Shown: positions 28,257 to 40,466, numbered from the whole stretch's first letter. The stretch is 63,481 nt of DNA, filler included, from 6 parts of 6 records of this genome joined end to end with filler, not necessarily neighbours in it, one strand, 5' to 3'. Translations and numbers: made by a program. Notes: generated from the sequence alone by a model not told the origin.

Positions 28257-30944
28257 AAAATGATCAATATCCATAATTAAAAATGATATTAGATCATTAT
28301 TTCTTTTTGCAGAATTTATAATTTTTGGAAACAACTCATTAAAATGTCGTCTATTATAGATATTTGTTAACCCATCAGTGATAGATATCTCTTCAATAGC
28401 TTTTTTATCAGTAATATCTTGTTTTATTGCTGTATATCCAACCTTTTCATTATCATCATTAAATAGTGGTGTGATAGTGACATTTTCCCAATAAAAATCA
28501 CCATTTTTCTTTTTATTTTTAAGCTCACCTTTCCAAGCTTTATTCGCATCTAATGCTTTCCAAATCTCTTGAAAGATAGTTTCAGGAGTATCCTCATGCT
28601 TAATCAAGGTATGAGTCGCACCTATTAGTTCATTTTTCGAATACCCACTTATTTCACAAAAAGCCTCTGAAACATGAGTGATTTTTCCATCTAGATCTGA
28701 TGTAGAAGTGATAATATTATTATCAATAAGCCCCACATATCTACTGATCTGTTTCTCTTTGATCTTATTTTCTGTAATGTCTTGAACTGTTCCTAATACT
28801 GCATCTCTATCTTCAATAAAACTCCCTCTACACTCAAACCACATAGTATGCCCATCTTTTTGATGTTTTACTTTAAAGGTGTATAGAAAATCTTGATTAT
28901 CAAAAATACATCGTTTTACACCATTTTCAAAAGCATGCCAATCATCTTCTATAAGTAATAACTTAAACTGCTCTGTATTAAGAGGCTGACTTACTTCAAG
29001 TCCTAACATCCTTTTTATATTATCTGACCATGAAGACTCCATAGTTTTTAGATCCATCTCCCAAGCACCTAAATTTGCTATCTTTTTTGCTTTTTCTAAA
29101 ATTATATTTTTTTCAGTCAGCTCTTTTGTTTTATTTTCCACTTCTTGATCTAAATGCTTTATATTGTATTCAATCTCTTGAGCCATATCATTAAAAGCAT
29201 TTGCAAGTAATCCCATCTCATCATTCGAGCGAAGCTCAATACGATATGAGAATTGTTTATTTTTAAACTTTTTGGTTCCCTCTAATAACTTACTAATAGA
29301 ATTAGTGAGATAATTTGCGATCCATAGAGCAATAAGGATCACAAGAATTGTCATTACTATTGTTGAAAATGTTAGTTCACTAATAAGCTCATGCACATGA
29401 CTTGTGATCTTTTGATACATAATAGAAAACTTCTCTTTCATATCTATTTGCATATCTGCTAAAGTTGTATCAATATTATTTTTTGTTTTTATTGCTGCTT
29501 CATGAAACTCATCTAAGTTTGCACCTAATGTTACAAAACCAAAACCTCTTTTTGAATCCCCATATTGTCCAGTATAATAAGGAATCGCTGCCACAGTGGT
29601 AAGTTTCCATACATTTGACCAAAAAATTACAAATGATCCATATCCACCATCTTCAGTAATATTCATCCAATCACTACATTGAGGTGCAAAATTGAGATAC
29701 CTGCAATCTAAAGCTACTTTTCCCTCAAACCTATACTGTTCCATATTGGGCTTTTTCTTTAAAGACTGTTCCTCAAACTCTGGATACTCTTTTAGATATT
29801 CTTCCCAATTTGAAGAACTACTTTTGATCTTCTTTGCAATATCATCACTTAACCAAGGTTTCACTTTTTCTCCAGTAGTTTTATCGTATCCTACTATAAA
29901 ATAATCCCTTGGATGAGAAATTGAACGCCCTTTATTATCCCACATAAAAGCATAATTTCCTCTCGATGCATCAGAATAATTTGATATTGCTTCTTGAGTA
30001 GGGATAACATAATCTGTAAATTCCATAATATGTCTATGATCTAATGCCAATGTGATGTAACCAATTTTTTTTCCATTGAAGTATCTAGGAGTAATAAATC
30101 TTACTATCCCTTCAAACTTTTTCCCCACTGGATTTTCAAATCCAGCATATCCATACTTCTGAGGCTCAAACGCTATCCCCATTTTTTCAGCTTTTTCTTT
30201 AGTAAAATGCCCAATTACTTTTGATCCAACATACTCACCAATTACATTAGATACATATATTTCACCTTGTTGTAATTTTTGTATTTTTTGAAAATACTCT
30301 TCAGCTTTACAATAAGTATTCTCTTTTTTAGAGATATTTTTTAGATCTTCATCTATTGAAGAGACTTTATAGATCTCATTTCCTTGAAGATCTATATAAC
30401 TGATCTCTTTATAAAGTTTTAGTTTTTTACTTTCATATTCTTTTGGTTGATTATGATTAAAATATTTTTCATTCTCTTTGACCCTTGCTTCAAGCTTTTG
30501 TGTATCTTCATCTGAAATTCTATCTTTTTTAAACCACTTAGAACTACTTTCATCATATATAAATTCTTGAGGGATAATCACGTCTTTTGTTTTTGTATCA
30601 TAAAAACTTTTTAAAGTATCTTTTGACAATTCTTGAAGACTTGATAAAAACAAAAGATCATTATCTCTTTGATATAAAAACTCTGCAACACTATTTGCAA
30701 TATCTTTTGTTTTAATCTCTAATGCGATTTGTGATTTTTGATCAAGAGCTAGAATACTATCTTCTATCGCTTTATTAGCAGTTATTTCTATTATTTTTGT
30801 GCTTTTTCTCAAAGTCTCTTCATTTGACTCTTCAATAAAACTATGGAGCTCTTTAATTCCATAAATTGCTAAAGCAACCAGAATAAATAATGGGATCAAC
30901 TTGACAACGATAAATATTAATATAAGTTTTGTTTTAATCTTCAC
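28257..30944 (-). CDS. Membrane sensor diguanylate cyclase (large periplasmic domain, HAMP, 2x PAS, GGDEF start), 3' truncated
   Basis: DEMGLLANAFNDMA (HAMP), WKGELKNKKKNGDFYW (PAC), TDGLTNIYNRR...DIDHF (start of GGDEF domain). Confidence 0.88.
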
Positions 30945-31168
30945 TTTTAAAATTTCCTAGTATTTTAGCTCTTATTATATCTTTTTACAAAATAAACCTT
31001 ATGTCAATAGATAAAAATATCGTAAACTTTTTTATATAGTATAATTTAGTAACATAAAATAAAATTCTTTAGAATATTATTATACTATATAAAAGTTTAC
31101 AGCTAGTTAACATTTTAAATGCGTTATTTTTTAGTTATTTTTGTTATAAAGTTATGAATAGAAAGTTT

Positions 31169-31633
31169 TTAGTTTTTAGTTTGTAACTTGTCTTTTTTTG
31201 ATTGTTTATAACTAATATAAAGAATCAAAACGACTGCAATATCTATTAAGACATCAGCTAGATTAAATATCGCAAAGTCAAATCCACAATGCCAGTATAC
31301 ATAATCAACCACTCCACCATGGATAAATCGATCATAAATATTGCTAATTCCACCAGCAAACAATAATGCAACAGGTATATAGTAAGAGTTAAAAAGTTCT
31401 TTATTGATGAAAAGATAGATCACGCCAATACATAATACAATAATCTGAATATATTTTAAATGCTCTTCTAAAAAAGAGAACATTGAAAAGGCTACACCAT
31501 AGTTATATGCTAAAACTAAAGAGATACACTCCCCTTTAGCCTCAAAGCCATCTACAAAAATTGCTTTTATGTATTGGTCAATAAAAAAAAGCACTATGAA
31601 AAGTGCTATAAAAGTTATACTTTTCTTTAACAT
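31169..31633 (-). CDS. lspA: Lipoprotein signal peptidase II
   Basis: [33 protein letters not shown]. Confidence 0.95.
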   Translation of the reverse strand: MLKKSITFIALFIVLFFIDQYIKAIFVDGFEAKGECISLVLAYNYGVAFSMFSFLEEHLKYIQIIVLCIGVIYLFINKELFNSYYIPVALLFAGGISNIYDRFIHGGVVDYVYWHCGFDFAIFNLADVLIDIAVVLILYISYKQSKKDKLQTKN

Positions 31634-32964
31634 AATTTGTTTTTAATAAATAATTGTAATTTATCCATACAATCATCCACTAGTTTTTTCTCTTTACCTT
31701 CTAATAAAAGTCGAATCTTATTTTCAGTTCCTGAATATCTTATAAGATCTCTTAGTCCTTTTTTTCTAAACTCAACTAAAAGCTCATCTAAACCTTCAAT
31801 CTCATCTAAAGGTTTTTTCTCTTCAACAATTAAGTTTTTTAAAACCTGAGGATAAAGGTCAAAAGGATTTAATGCCTTACTAGCTTTTTGTTTGGTTGAA
31901 ACCAATAATGCTAAGACTTGTAATGCTGAAGCTAAACCATCCCCAGTTTTAGCAACATCTGAAAAGATTATATGACCACTTTGTTCTCCTCCAAAATTGA
32001 TCCCTTTTTCTTTCATAATCTCTAAAACATATTTATCCCCAACATTTGATCTATAAAGCTCAATGCCATTCTTTAATAAATAGTCTTCTAAAGCTTGATT
32101 ACTCATCACTGTAGCAACACAACCACCTTGTAATTGATCTTGTTGTTTAAGATATACAGCAAGTGCACCTATAAGTTTATCCCCATCGATCACTTCACCA
32201 TTCTCATCCACTACAACTAATCGATCTGCATCTCCATCTAATGCAATTCCAATATCTGCTCGATACTGAACTACAAGCTTTCCAAGCTCTTTTGGATAGA
32301 GTGCTCCACAGTTTTCATTGATATTATATCCATTTGGTTCATCATTTACCGTAATTACATCCGCATCAAGCTCTTCTAAAATAGTAGGACCCACTTTATA
32401 CCCAGCCCCATTAGCACAATCAAGAACAATTCGCATATCACTTAGACTAAGCTCTCTTGGGAAAGAGCTTTTTATAGAGACGATATATCGCCCTATCACA
32501 TCATTGATCCTTTTTGCTTTTCCTATTTCATTATGAGTACATTGTGACTTTTTTATAAGTTCATCATTTTCAAAAATCTCTTCGATCTCTTTTTCAATAC
32601 TAGCAGAGAGCTTGTTTCCATATGAGTCAAAAAATTTTACGCCATTATCTTCATAGGCATTATGAGAAGCACTTAGCATGATTCCAGCATCACAACGCAT
32701 AGTTTCAGTGAGATATGCAATTGCAGGAGTTGGCATAGGACCTATTTGTATCACATCATATCCCACTGAAGTTAAACCACTTACAAGAGCATTTTCAATC
32801 ATATAGCCACTTCGTCTCGTGTCTTTTCCAACCAAAATCTTTTTTGTTCGTGAGTTCTTTTTAAAATAGATCCCAGCAGCTTGGGCAAGCCTTAAAGCAG
32901 TCATAGCATCAAGAAAAGTTCCAGCTTCTCCCCTTACGCCATCAGTACCAAAAAGTTTTCCCAT
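31627..32964 (-). CDS. glmM: Phosphoglucosamine mutase
   Basis: [33 protein letters not shown]. Confidence 0.96.
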   Translation of the reverse strand: MGKLFGTDGVRGEAGTFLDAMTALRLAQAAGIYFKKNSRTKKILVGKDTRRSGYMIENALVSGLTSVGYDVIQIGPMPTPAIAYLTETMRCDAGIMLSASHNAYEDNGVKFFDSYGNKLSASIEKEIEEIFENDELIKKSQCTHNEIGKAKRINDVIGRYIVSIKSSFPRELSLSDMRIVLDCANGAGYKVGPTILEELDADVITVNDEPNGYNINENCGALYPKELGKLVVQYRADIGIALDGDADRLVVVDENGEVIDGDKLIGALAVYLKQQDQLQGGCVATVMSNQALEDYLLKNGIELYRSNVGDKYVLEIMKEKGINFGGEQSGHIIFSDVAKTGDGLASALQVLALLVSTKQKASKALNPFDLYPQVLKNLIVEEKKPLDEIEGLDELLVEFRKKGLRDLIRYSGTENKIRLLLEGKEKKLVDDCMDKLQLFIKNKLC

Positions 32965-33936
32965 TTACACTGTACCTTGTTCAAACTGTGCTCTAATTCT
33001 ATCTTTCTCTTTTTGTCTTTTCTCTTTTTCAGCCAACATGTTTCTATAGTTTTTAATAGAAAATTTTAATTGAACTAAAAATGAAGCTGCAACAAAGATC
33101 GAACTATATGTTCCCACAATAATACCAACTAAAAGAGTAAAACTAAACCCATTGATAATCTCTCCACCAAAAAGATATAGAGTAAGAACTACGAAAAATG
33201 TAGTTAAAGAGGTTAAAGTGGTTCTACTAAGAGTTCGTGAAACTGATTCATTGACCACATCATTTAGCTCATTCTCTTTTGAAGTCTCTACTCCCTCACG
33301 AATTCTATCAAATACAATAATTGTATCATTAAGTGAATATCCCAAAATTGTTAAGATTGCAGCTAAAATATCCAAATTTACATCGATATTAAAAAGAACA
33401 ATAGCTCCAAGGGCGATAGAGATATCATGTATAAGAGCTAAGATAGAAGCAACTGCAAATCTCCATTCAAATCTATAAGAAACATAGATCAAAATTACGA
33501 TCAATGCTAAAGAAAGAGCCATGATACCTTTTTCTTGTAAAGCATTTCCAACTTTTGGACCAACCATATCAACTCTTCGAATCTCATATTTTCCAGTTGG
33601 CTCTAAAAGTACTCTGATCTCATCTCCAATATCCTGCCCTAAAGCAGTAGAGGCAGTAGGAATTCTTACAATCACTTCCTCTACACTTCCAAACTCCGTT
33701 ACAACTGCCTTTTCATAATTTGGATTTGATTCTAATACTTTTCTAATATCTTCAATGGGTGCTTTTTGTTCATATTTTACTTGAACTAAAGTTCCTCCTG
33801 AAAAATCAATCCCTAAAGTAAGTCCTTTTGTAAAAAGCAAAACTAAAGATGCAATTACTAAAATTGATGAGAGTGCTAAAAAAGGAAGCCTTTTCCCCAT
33901 AAAGTCGAATATTTCATTTGATTTAAATATTTCCAT
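32965..33936 (-). CDS. secF: Protein translocase subunit SecF
   Basis: GIDFSGGT, VGPKVG, GYSLNDTIIVFDRIRE; TAATG coupling with secD. Confidence 0.95.
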   Translation of the reverse strand: MEIFKSNEIFDFMGKRLPFLALSSILVIASLVLLFTKGLTLGIDFSGGTLVQVKYEQKAPIEDIRKVLESNPNYEKAVVTEFGSVEEVIVRIPTASTALGQDIGDEIRVLLEPTGKYEIRRVDMVGPKVGNALQEKGIMALSLALIVILIYVSYRFEWRFAVASILALIHDISIALGAIVLFNIDVNLDILAAILTILGYSLNDTIIVFDRIREGVETSKENELNDVVNESVSRTLSRTTLTSLTTFFVVLTLYLFGGEIINGFSFTLLVGIIVGTYSSIFVAASFLVQLKFSIKNYRNMLAEKEKRQKEKDRIRAQFEQGTV

Positions 33937-34254
33937 TATTTCACTCCAAACCATTTTTTCGTATTTTTGTCTTTTACGATCTTTGGCATTAAAGCATCAT
34001 AAATACCATGAGTCCCCAAAATTGCAGTGATCATAGAAGCTAAGATACCAATACTAATTGTTATCGCAAATCCTTTGATAGGTCCTGTTCCATAGACATA
34101 AAGTATAACAGCTACTAGAAGTGTTGTAATATTTGCATCTAAAATAGCACTCATTGCATTTTTATATCCGTTTTCTATTGCTTTAGGGATACTACTTCCT
34201 TGACGAAGTAGTTCACGGATTCGCTCACTAATAATTACATTGGCATCAACTGCC
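33936..34254 (-). CDS. secD: Protein translocase subunit SecD, C-terminal fragment
   Basis: [14 protein letters not shown]...[18 protein letters not shown]. Confidence 0.92.
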
Positions 34255-34354
34255 NNNNNNNNNNNNNNNNNNNNNNNNNNNNNNNNNNNNNNNNNNNNTT
34301 AATTAATTAANNNNNNNNNNNNNNNNNNNNNNNNNNNNNNNNNNNNNNNNNNNN
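34255..34354. other. Artificial contig spacer
   Basis: N-run with TTAATTAATTAA. Confidence 0.97.
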
Positions 34355-34855
34355 GCAGCAATAGAAGCAGCCAGAGCCGGAGAACAGGGAAGAGGTTTTG
34401 CGGTAGTAGCAGAAGCGGTAAGGAGCCTGGCTGAGCAATCTACAGATACAGTTAAGAAGATTCAAAATACAACAGGTGAAGTAATGCTGGCATTTGAAAA
34501 TTTATCTGAAAATGCAAAAGAGATACTTGCATTCATGGATGAAAAGGTAAAACCGGATTATGAAGAGTTAGTAAAAATAGGTGAAAGATACTCATATGAT
34601 GCATCTGAAATAGTTGGAAATCTAATCAGAGATTTTCATCAGGAAGCGGGGCAAATATCAAGCTCGATTAAAGAAGTAAACAGAGCAATTGATTCAGTTA
34701 GTCAGACAGTTATGTCATCAGCAGATAACTCTATGAATATCTCAGAAGGAGTAGGAGTTGCATCCGAAAAAATCATGGGAATAGTTGATCTTTCCAGAAG
34801 TCAGTCAGAATTTGTAAGCGAGTTAAATGAATTAGTAGGAAAATTCAAAGTTTAA
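34355..34855 (+). CDS. Methyl-accepting chemotaxis protein, C-terminal fragment
   Basis: AAIEAARAGEQGRGFAVVAEAVRSLAEQS. Confidence 0.9.
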   Translation, partial: AAIEAARAGEQGRGFAVVAEAVRSLAEQSTDTVKKIQNTTGEVMLAFENLSENAKEILAFMDEKVKPDYEELVKIGERYSYDASEIVGNLIRDFHQEAGQISSSIKEVNRAIDSVSQTVMSSADNSMNISEGVGVASEKIMGIVDLSRSQSEFVSELNELVGKFKV

Positions 34856-34872
34856 AATAGAATAAAAGATAA

Positions 34873-34911
34873 ATAAAAAATAACTTGAACAGTGTTCAGG
34901 TTGTTTTTTAT
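34873..34911 (+). terminator. Intrinsic terminator
   Basis: aaaaaataacttgaac/gttcaggttgtttttt inverted repeat. Confidence 0.65.
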
Positions 34912-35064
34912 TTATAAAGTCAAAACTATCTAAGATTTTTCATGTATTAAAAATAGGAAACTAAATTTGAATTTTTTTTATAGTTTTTATATAATAGAAG
35001 AGGTTATCGACTTGTTTTGTAGTAAAATAACTATAGAGTAAGCAAAGAGAAAGCGAGGATTTAA

Positions 35065-36216
35065 ATGAAAAAAATTATCAAAATAATAGCATTTTTTAGC
35101 ATCTATATATTTTCATTTTATTATATTAATGCAGAGACAAAACCTGAAATACTTTTTATTAGTTCCTATAGTCCGAATTTTCCTACTTTTATTGAGCAAT
35201 ATAATGGAATTAAGGAGATTTATCCCGATAAAGCTGCGAAGCTGCAAACTGAATTTTTAAGTACAAAACAGTATCCATCCGGGATGATTCATGACAAGAT
35301 AGAAGAAACTCTTCTAATGAAGTTACAGCAAAAATCTAAGTATGATCTGGTAATAACTGCAGATGACAATGCTCTTCATTTTGTTGATAAATACTATCAC
35401 CTTTATTTCCATAAAATGCCTATAGTATTTTTCGGTGTAAATAATGAAGAGTTCGGCCAGGAAATGGGAAAAAAAGAGAATATAACAGGAATAATCGAAG
35501 ATATTTCAATTACTGAAAATTTACAATTAATAGAAAGTATATACCCTGAGAATACATTACAAATAATAAGTGATGATACTCCCAGTGGTAAAAGTGACTT
35601 GAAAAGAGTACTTGAAAACATTAGCTCCAATAATTATAAATTTAATACTGAAATTCTTGATCTGTCAGAGATAACATGGTTTGATCTGGAAAAAAAACTG
35701 ACATCAGTTCCCAATGAGCCGGTACTATTATTATCAGCCTATAAAGATAAAAATGCAGTAAATAAAACATTTGATGAAAGTATAACTATGATTATGACCA
35801 GTCATAACGGTGCTGCGTTTCATTTTTGGAAACATGGTTTGGAAAACGGTATGCTGGGAGGAAATTTAGTAGATCATCATCAATATGCTAAACAAGCAGC
35901 TAGAATAGGTCAATTTCTAATTAAATTTGAGAAAAAACCAAGATTAAATGTTAGAAAAGGTGAAAATACATTCATAATTAATTATGAAGCAATGAAGAAA
36001 CTAAAATTTAAAAAAGGAAATTTTCCTGAAAATACTGAGTTTTTTAATAAACCGGAAAGAAATATAGAACAGTATGAGGATTATTTTTTATTATTCATAA
36101 TTTCTTTAGTTGGAATGGTAATTTTAATAATAATTTTAATTGTTCAAATCAAGTTAAGAATTTCAAAAGAAAAAGAATTGTTAAAAATAATGCATGAAAT
36201 GAAAAATAGTAAATAA
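35065..36216 (+). CDS. ABC substrate-binding-like extracytoplasmic sensor domain with C-terminal TM and no output domain
   Basis: ILFISSYSP, YDLVITADDNAL, PIVFFGVN, GMLGG motifs; one TM near the C-terminus followed by about 20 residues. Confidence 0.7.
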   Translation: MKKIIKIIAFFSIYIFSFYYINAETKPEILFISSYSPNFPTFIEQYNGIKEIYPDKAAKLQTEFLSTKQYPSGMIHDKIEETLLMKLQQKSKYDLVITADDNALHFVDKYYHLYFHKMPIVFFGVNNEEFGQEMGKKENITGIIEDISITENLQLIESIYPENTLQIISDDTPSGKSDLKRVLENISSNNYKFNTEILDLSEITWFDLEKKLTSVPNEPVLLLSAYKDKNAVNKTFDESITMIMTSHNGAAFHFWKHGLENGMLGGNLVDHHQYAKQAARIGQFLIKFEKKPRLNVRKGENTFIINYEAMKKLKFKKGNFPENTEFFNKPERNIEQYEDYFLLFIISLVGMVILIIILIVQIKLRISKEKELLKIMHEMKNSK

Positions 36217-36248
36217 AAAATCAGAGATTTATTTCTCTGATTTTTTAT
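36214..36248 (+). terminator. Intrinsic terminator
   Basis: taaaaaatcagaga/tctctgatttttta inverted repeat. Confidence 0.75.
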
Positions 36249-36384
36249 TTGAATCTTTATAAAAGAATAAAAAAACTTTGCAATTTTACTAAGAAACTTG
36301 TATGATATATTTTAGATAAGTTTAATAAACTATGTAAAATTAAGGGAAAGTAGAATAGATCAACTTTAATTAAAGGAGTAATTT

Positions 36385-37644
36385 ATGAAAAAAAATTCAA
36401 TACTTATTCTAACAACTTTAATAATATTTATATTTGGTGCTGTAATTTTTATCCCGGGATGTATTCAGAGAGAAAAAGCAAATTTAACTTTTATGGTTAA
36501 TTTTCAGCCAAATGAAGTTATTACTGAAGTATTTGAAGAAGTGATAAATAAATTTAATTCAGAACATAATGATATTCAGATTGAATTTATACCTGGCAAT
36601 CCAGCATATGAAGATATTTTGAAAGCAAAGATGGCTGCAAATCAGTTACCTGATATGTGGGCAACTCATGGATGGTCAGTTGCCAGATACAGTGATTATT
36701 TGATTCCGCTTGAAGATGAGAAGTGGGTACCAAATCTGCACCCGGCTATTAAACCAATAATAACTGATGAATTGGGACATGTTTATGTACTGCCTCTTGA
36801 TGTGGATATTTCGGGAATTGCATATAATAAAGAGGTTATTGAAAGAGCCGGCATTAATATTGAAGAGATCAAAACTTGGTCAGATCTACTTGAGGCAATG
36901 GGAAAAATAAAAGAGATTGGTGTAATACCTCTTCATATTGCCGGAAAAGATAATTGGACTATAGGAAACTTTTTTGATTGGATTGCACCCTCTTATTATA
37001 TAACAGACTCAAATAACTATAAAGGTGATGAGTTAAAAAATGGAAAATTCGATAAGGAAACTTGGGAAAAATTAGCAAAAGTACTAAAAGAGATGCAGGA
37101 GAAGGGATATATCAATGTAGATGTATTAACTGCAAAATGGCCGGATATTTCCAGAGCGCTTGCTACCGGAGAAACAGCATTTGCATTTTTTGGAAATTAT
37201 GTAATACTAAATGCCTGGTTAGTTAACCCCGATGCTGATTTAGGATTTTTTCCTATTCCGGCTTTTTACCCAGGTGATGAACCTAGTATGATATCTGGCG
37301 AGAGAACAACTGTGGGTATTTGGAAAGACAGTAAATACCCGGAACAAGCAAAAGAGTTTTTAACTTATTTAGCTCAGCCTGAGATAATGGCGAAACTTGC
37401 ATCAGCAAACGGAGTACCGGCTGGATTAACTAATGTAAAAAGTGATATGGGAAAATTAACAATGGATTATCAGAAATGGTCAGATATACCTGCACATCCA
37501 TTTTTCGATAGAGAGTTTTTGCCTAACGGAATGTGGGATGTTATGTGTTTAACCGGTAACGGAGTACTTGCTGGAGACATGAGTCCCGAAGATGCAGCAG
37601 ATAAGATGAATATTGAATTCAATAAATTATATAAAAGAAAATAA
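36385..37644 (+). CDS. Carbohydrate ABC transporter substrate-binding protein (no adjacent permease)
   Basis: Signal/lipoprotein-like N-terminus; LPDMWATHGWS, GIAYNK, LGFFPIP. Confidence 0.85.
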   Translation: MKKNSILILTTLIIFIFGAVIFIPGCIQREKANLTFMVNFQPNEVITEVFEEVINKFNSEHNDIQIEFIPGNPAYEDILKAKMAANQLPDMWATHGWSVARYSDYLIPLEDEKWVPNLHPAIKPIITDELGHVYVLPLDVDISGIAYNKEVIERAGINIEEIKTWSDLLEAMGKIKEIGVIPLHIAGKDNWTIGNFFDWIAPSYYITDSNNYKGDELKNGKFDKETWEKLAKVLKEMQEKGYINVDVLTAKWPDISRALATGETAFAFFGNYVILNAWLVNPDADLGFFPIPAFYPGDEPSMISGERTTVGIWKDSKYPEQAKEFLTYLAQPEIMAKLASANGVPAGLTNVKSDMGKLTMDYQKWSDIPAHPFFDREFLPNGMWDVMCLTGNGVLAGDMSPEDAADKMNIEFNKLYKRK

Positions 37645-37648
37645 GAAC

Positions 37649-37690
37649 TATAAAAAGGGCCTGTCAGATAATTTGACAGGCCCTTTTATA
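37649..37690. terminator. Bidirectional terminator between convergent genes
   Basis: aaaagggcctgtca/tgacaggccctttt inverted repeat. Confidence 0.8.
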
Positions 37691-37700
37691 GTAAAAAAAA

Positions 37701-38813
37701 TTAAAAGATACTTTTAGCAACTTCAAAAACTTTTGGGTCCAAAGATACACCAACCATGGATTTTTCCATAATTTGAAGTGCTTTTTTAAAAGTTATAGGT
37801 GTTCTGTATGGTCTATTTGAAGTTAGTGCATCAAGAACATCAGCTATAGCAATTATTTTAGCCTGTTCAGGTATTTCATCACCTGTTAATCCAAACGGAT
37901 AACCTTTACCATCTATTCTTTCATGATGAAGAGCTCCATAAGAGATATTTTTCAACTGCGGTGAATCCTGTAGTATTTTATATGAATATTCAGCGTGTCT
38001 TTTTATATTTTCGAACTCCTGAATATTTAACTTACTTGGCTTATCCAGAATTTTTAGAGTTACAGCTAATTTCCCAATATCGTGCAGATAAGCTGCATAT
38101 CTTAACTCGCGTAATTCCTCATCACTATATCCCATATGCTCTGCTAATGCATAACTATAGTTTGCAACTCTCTTAGTGTGACCAGCTGTATATTCATGCT
38201 GAGCATCAATTATTTGAGCAATTGTACTTAAAAACTGCTCTTCAACGATCCCCTCTACATGAACTAAGTAAATATTACTTTTTTTCATAATTCGTTTAAA
38301 TAAATTATCAATATAATCATTTTCTTCAAATAGCATAACTTGAACATACTTTTTTTTCAGGAGCACTTCCAGTCCGTTAACCACTCTTGGATTATATTTA
38401 GGGTTATCTTTTAGCTTATCTATATCCAGAGTTTTTAGGTAATCCTCAACACAACCAATGATTTGTACTTCTTCATATAGTTTGGTCATTTTATATGGAC
38501 CGCTGCCATCTAATCTTTCACTTAATTGCAGAACGATATCAGCTATTTCATACTGCATGGGGATGATCTCAGGCATAGTTCTAATGATTTCAGTTGATTT
38601 ATAATGTTGGTTTTCATCAACAGATAGTCCGATCATTCCAATGTCTTTTAATAGTGTGGCTGTAGTTGCTGTAAAAACATAATCATCACTAATTACAGAG
38701 GTCAGTTTATTAACCATTACAACAGTTCGTTTTAGCAATTTATATTTATCAGGATTAGCATATTTTAATGAGTTGATTACAGCTGAGATAATATCAAGTG
38801 TGACTAGCTTCAT
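37701..38813 (-). CDS. HD-GYP phosphodiesterase with degenerate N-terminal HD repeat
   Basis: YTAGHTKRV, LHDIGK, HHERIDGKGYP, ADVLDALTSNRPYR. Confidence 0.9.
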   Translation of the reverse strand: MKLVTLDIISAVINSLKYANPDKYKLLKRTVVMVNKLTSVISDDYVFTATTATLLKDIGMIGLSVDENQHYKSTEIIRTMPEIIPMQYEIADIVLQLSERLDGSGPYKMTKLYEEVQIIGCVEDYLKTLDIDKLKDNPKYNPRVVNGLEVLLKKKYVQVMLFEENDYIDNLFKRIMKKSNIYLVHVEGIVEEQFLSTIAQIIDAQHEYTAGHTKRVANYSYALAEHMGYSDEELRELRYAAYLHDIGKLAVTLKILDKPSKLNIQEFENIKRHAEYSYKILQDSPQLKNISYGALHHERIDGKGYPFGLTGDEIPEQAKIIAIADVLDALTSNRPYRTPITFKKALQIMEKSMVGVSLDPKVFEVAKSIF

Positions 38814-38888
38814 AAAATACTCCTTTCTTTTTGATTTCCAAGATCGGTTTTAAATTTATTATAATTATATAAAATTTATATAGTAAGA

Positions 38889-40466
38889 TTATTTAAATAG
38901 GAAAAAGCAAAATCCAATTATGATAGTAGGTACTATTGCTGATTTCAAAAGTGATACAGGAGAAATCCCGTTTTCAAAATACTTTTTAAGTATTGACTGT
39001 CCTGCAGGATTTGGAGCATTTGCAATAATTGTAAGTCCTCCTCCGGTTACTGCACCGGCAACAACTGCATATTTTAACTCATCAGAGAAATTAGTAACTA
39101 AAGTACTTAGATAAGTAATAGCGGCGTTGTCATTAAAGGAAGTAAGGAAAGCTGCAGAAAGCATAAGCGGTAGTTCATCTAGTTTTCCCAGTACAGGAGC
39201 GATCCACCAGCCCTGAACACCACCATGAATTATTAATCCAGCTAAGAAAAATGCAACCAAAAGAGCAGGTTTTAAATTAATTCTGTTTTGATAAAATGCC
39301 GTAATTTGGAAGAAACCAAGGAAAAACATAAATCCACCAATGAATAAAACAGGTTCGTGTGCATTTAAAATAGTCCAAACCATAAATCCAACATGTACCC
39401 ACATAATCCAGTAAGGTACTTTATCCTCTCTGGAATCCCAGTTTGGATCTCTGTATGGAGGTCTCAAATCCTCAGGTAATAATCCGGGAATCGATTTTTT
39501 CATCTCTTCAGTTTTGATATTATCAAATCTTTGATTCAGAGTTGAGCCAATATCGTATTTATCAAGTTCCTCTTGTGATAAGCTTTTTGTGGCTTTTACT
39601 CTGATTTTTTCTTTTATTCCTTCACATACATCAGAAAATTGCTCTGTGAATCCAAGTTTTTTATTTATCTCCATCTCTACTTCATCCATCATTTTCTCAA
39701 GCTCATGTTGATTCATGAATCTTCTTTGAATATATTTTTTAAATCTATTCTCTGCATATGCGTCTTTTAAAGCATGAAGATCTTTTTTAAATACAAAGAA
39801 ATACACGCTGTTAGTTATTAAAATTCCAATCAAAGCTTTCCAACCAAAGTTTGTAAGCATGAAAATTAAATCCCAGTCCCAAACGGCTGAGACCATCAGG
39901 ACAGGTGGAGCGGCAAAATTAGTTAAAGTCCCTCCAACAGAGATATTAACAAATAATAGAGCTATAGTTGAATATTTAAGTTTATTAGAAGGTTTTAGAT
40001 CATAAAATTTATCTGCCAGAAGATAAGCGGAAATTGTCATAGCAGCCGGCTCTGTTATAAGTGAACCCAACAGAGGACCGATAGTTAGAATAGCAAACCA
40101 CCATGCTTCCAGAGTTCCTCCCATCAGTTTAACAAACTTCCATAGGAGTAGTTCAAACATTTTAAGAATAGGTCGACTGGCTGCAATTGTCATAACCACG
40201 ATAATAAACATTGGCTCTACATAGTGTAAATGATCCACATATGCAACAAAAGTATGCCAATCATAGAAAAAAGCAATTGCAACTGCAAGTCCGATAACCC
40301 AAATACCAAATACTGTTTCAATCTCCCCTAAGAAGTGAAATACTCCGGCACCAATATGCATAGATTTTTTACTAACTAATCCCTGCTTTTGTTTCTTTCT
40401 ATATTCATGTTCCCATTTATGTGCGATTTTTAAGAACCAACTAGACATAAACGAATGAATAATTGC
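38889..40466 (-). CDS. Putative Na+/H+ antiporter (DUF1504-like), 5' truncated
   Basis: HFLGEIETVFGIW, LITEPAAMT, NISVGGTLTNFAAPPVLM, GGGLTIIANAPNPAG; frame open to the contig edge. Confidence 0.8.
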   Translation of the reverse strand, partial: AIIHSFMSSWFLKIAHKWEHEYRKKQKQGLVSKKSMHIGAGVFHFLGEIETVFGIWVIGLAVAIAFFYDWHTFVAYVDHLHYVEPMFIIVVMTIAASRPILKMFELLLWKFVKLMGGTLEAWWFAILTIGPLLGSLITEPAAMTISAYLLADKFYDLKPSNKLKYSTIALLFVNISVGGTLTNFAAPPVLMVSAVWDWDLIFMLTNFGWKALIGILITNSVYFFVFKKDLHALKDAYAENRFKKYIQRRFMNQHELEKMMDEVEMEINKKLGFTEQFSDVCEGIKEKIRVKATKSLSQEELDKYDIGSTLNQRFDNIKTEEMKKSIPGLLPEDLRPPYRDPNWDSREDKVPYWIMWVHVGFMVWTILNAHEPVLFIGGFMFFLGFFQITAFYQNRINLKPALLVAFFLAGLIIHGGVQGWWIAPVLGKLDELPLMLSAAFLTSFNDNAAITYLSTLVTNFSDELKYAVVAGAVTGGGLTIIANAPNPAGQSILKKYFENGISPVSLLKSAIVPTIIIGFCFFLFK

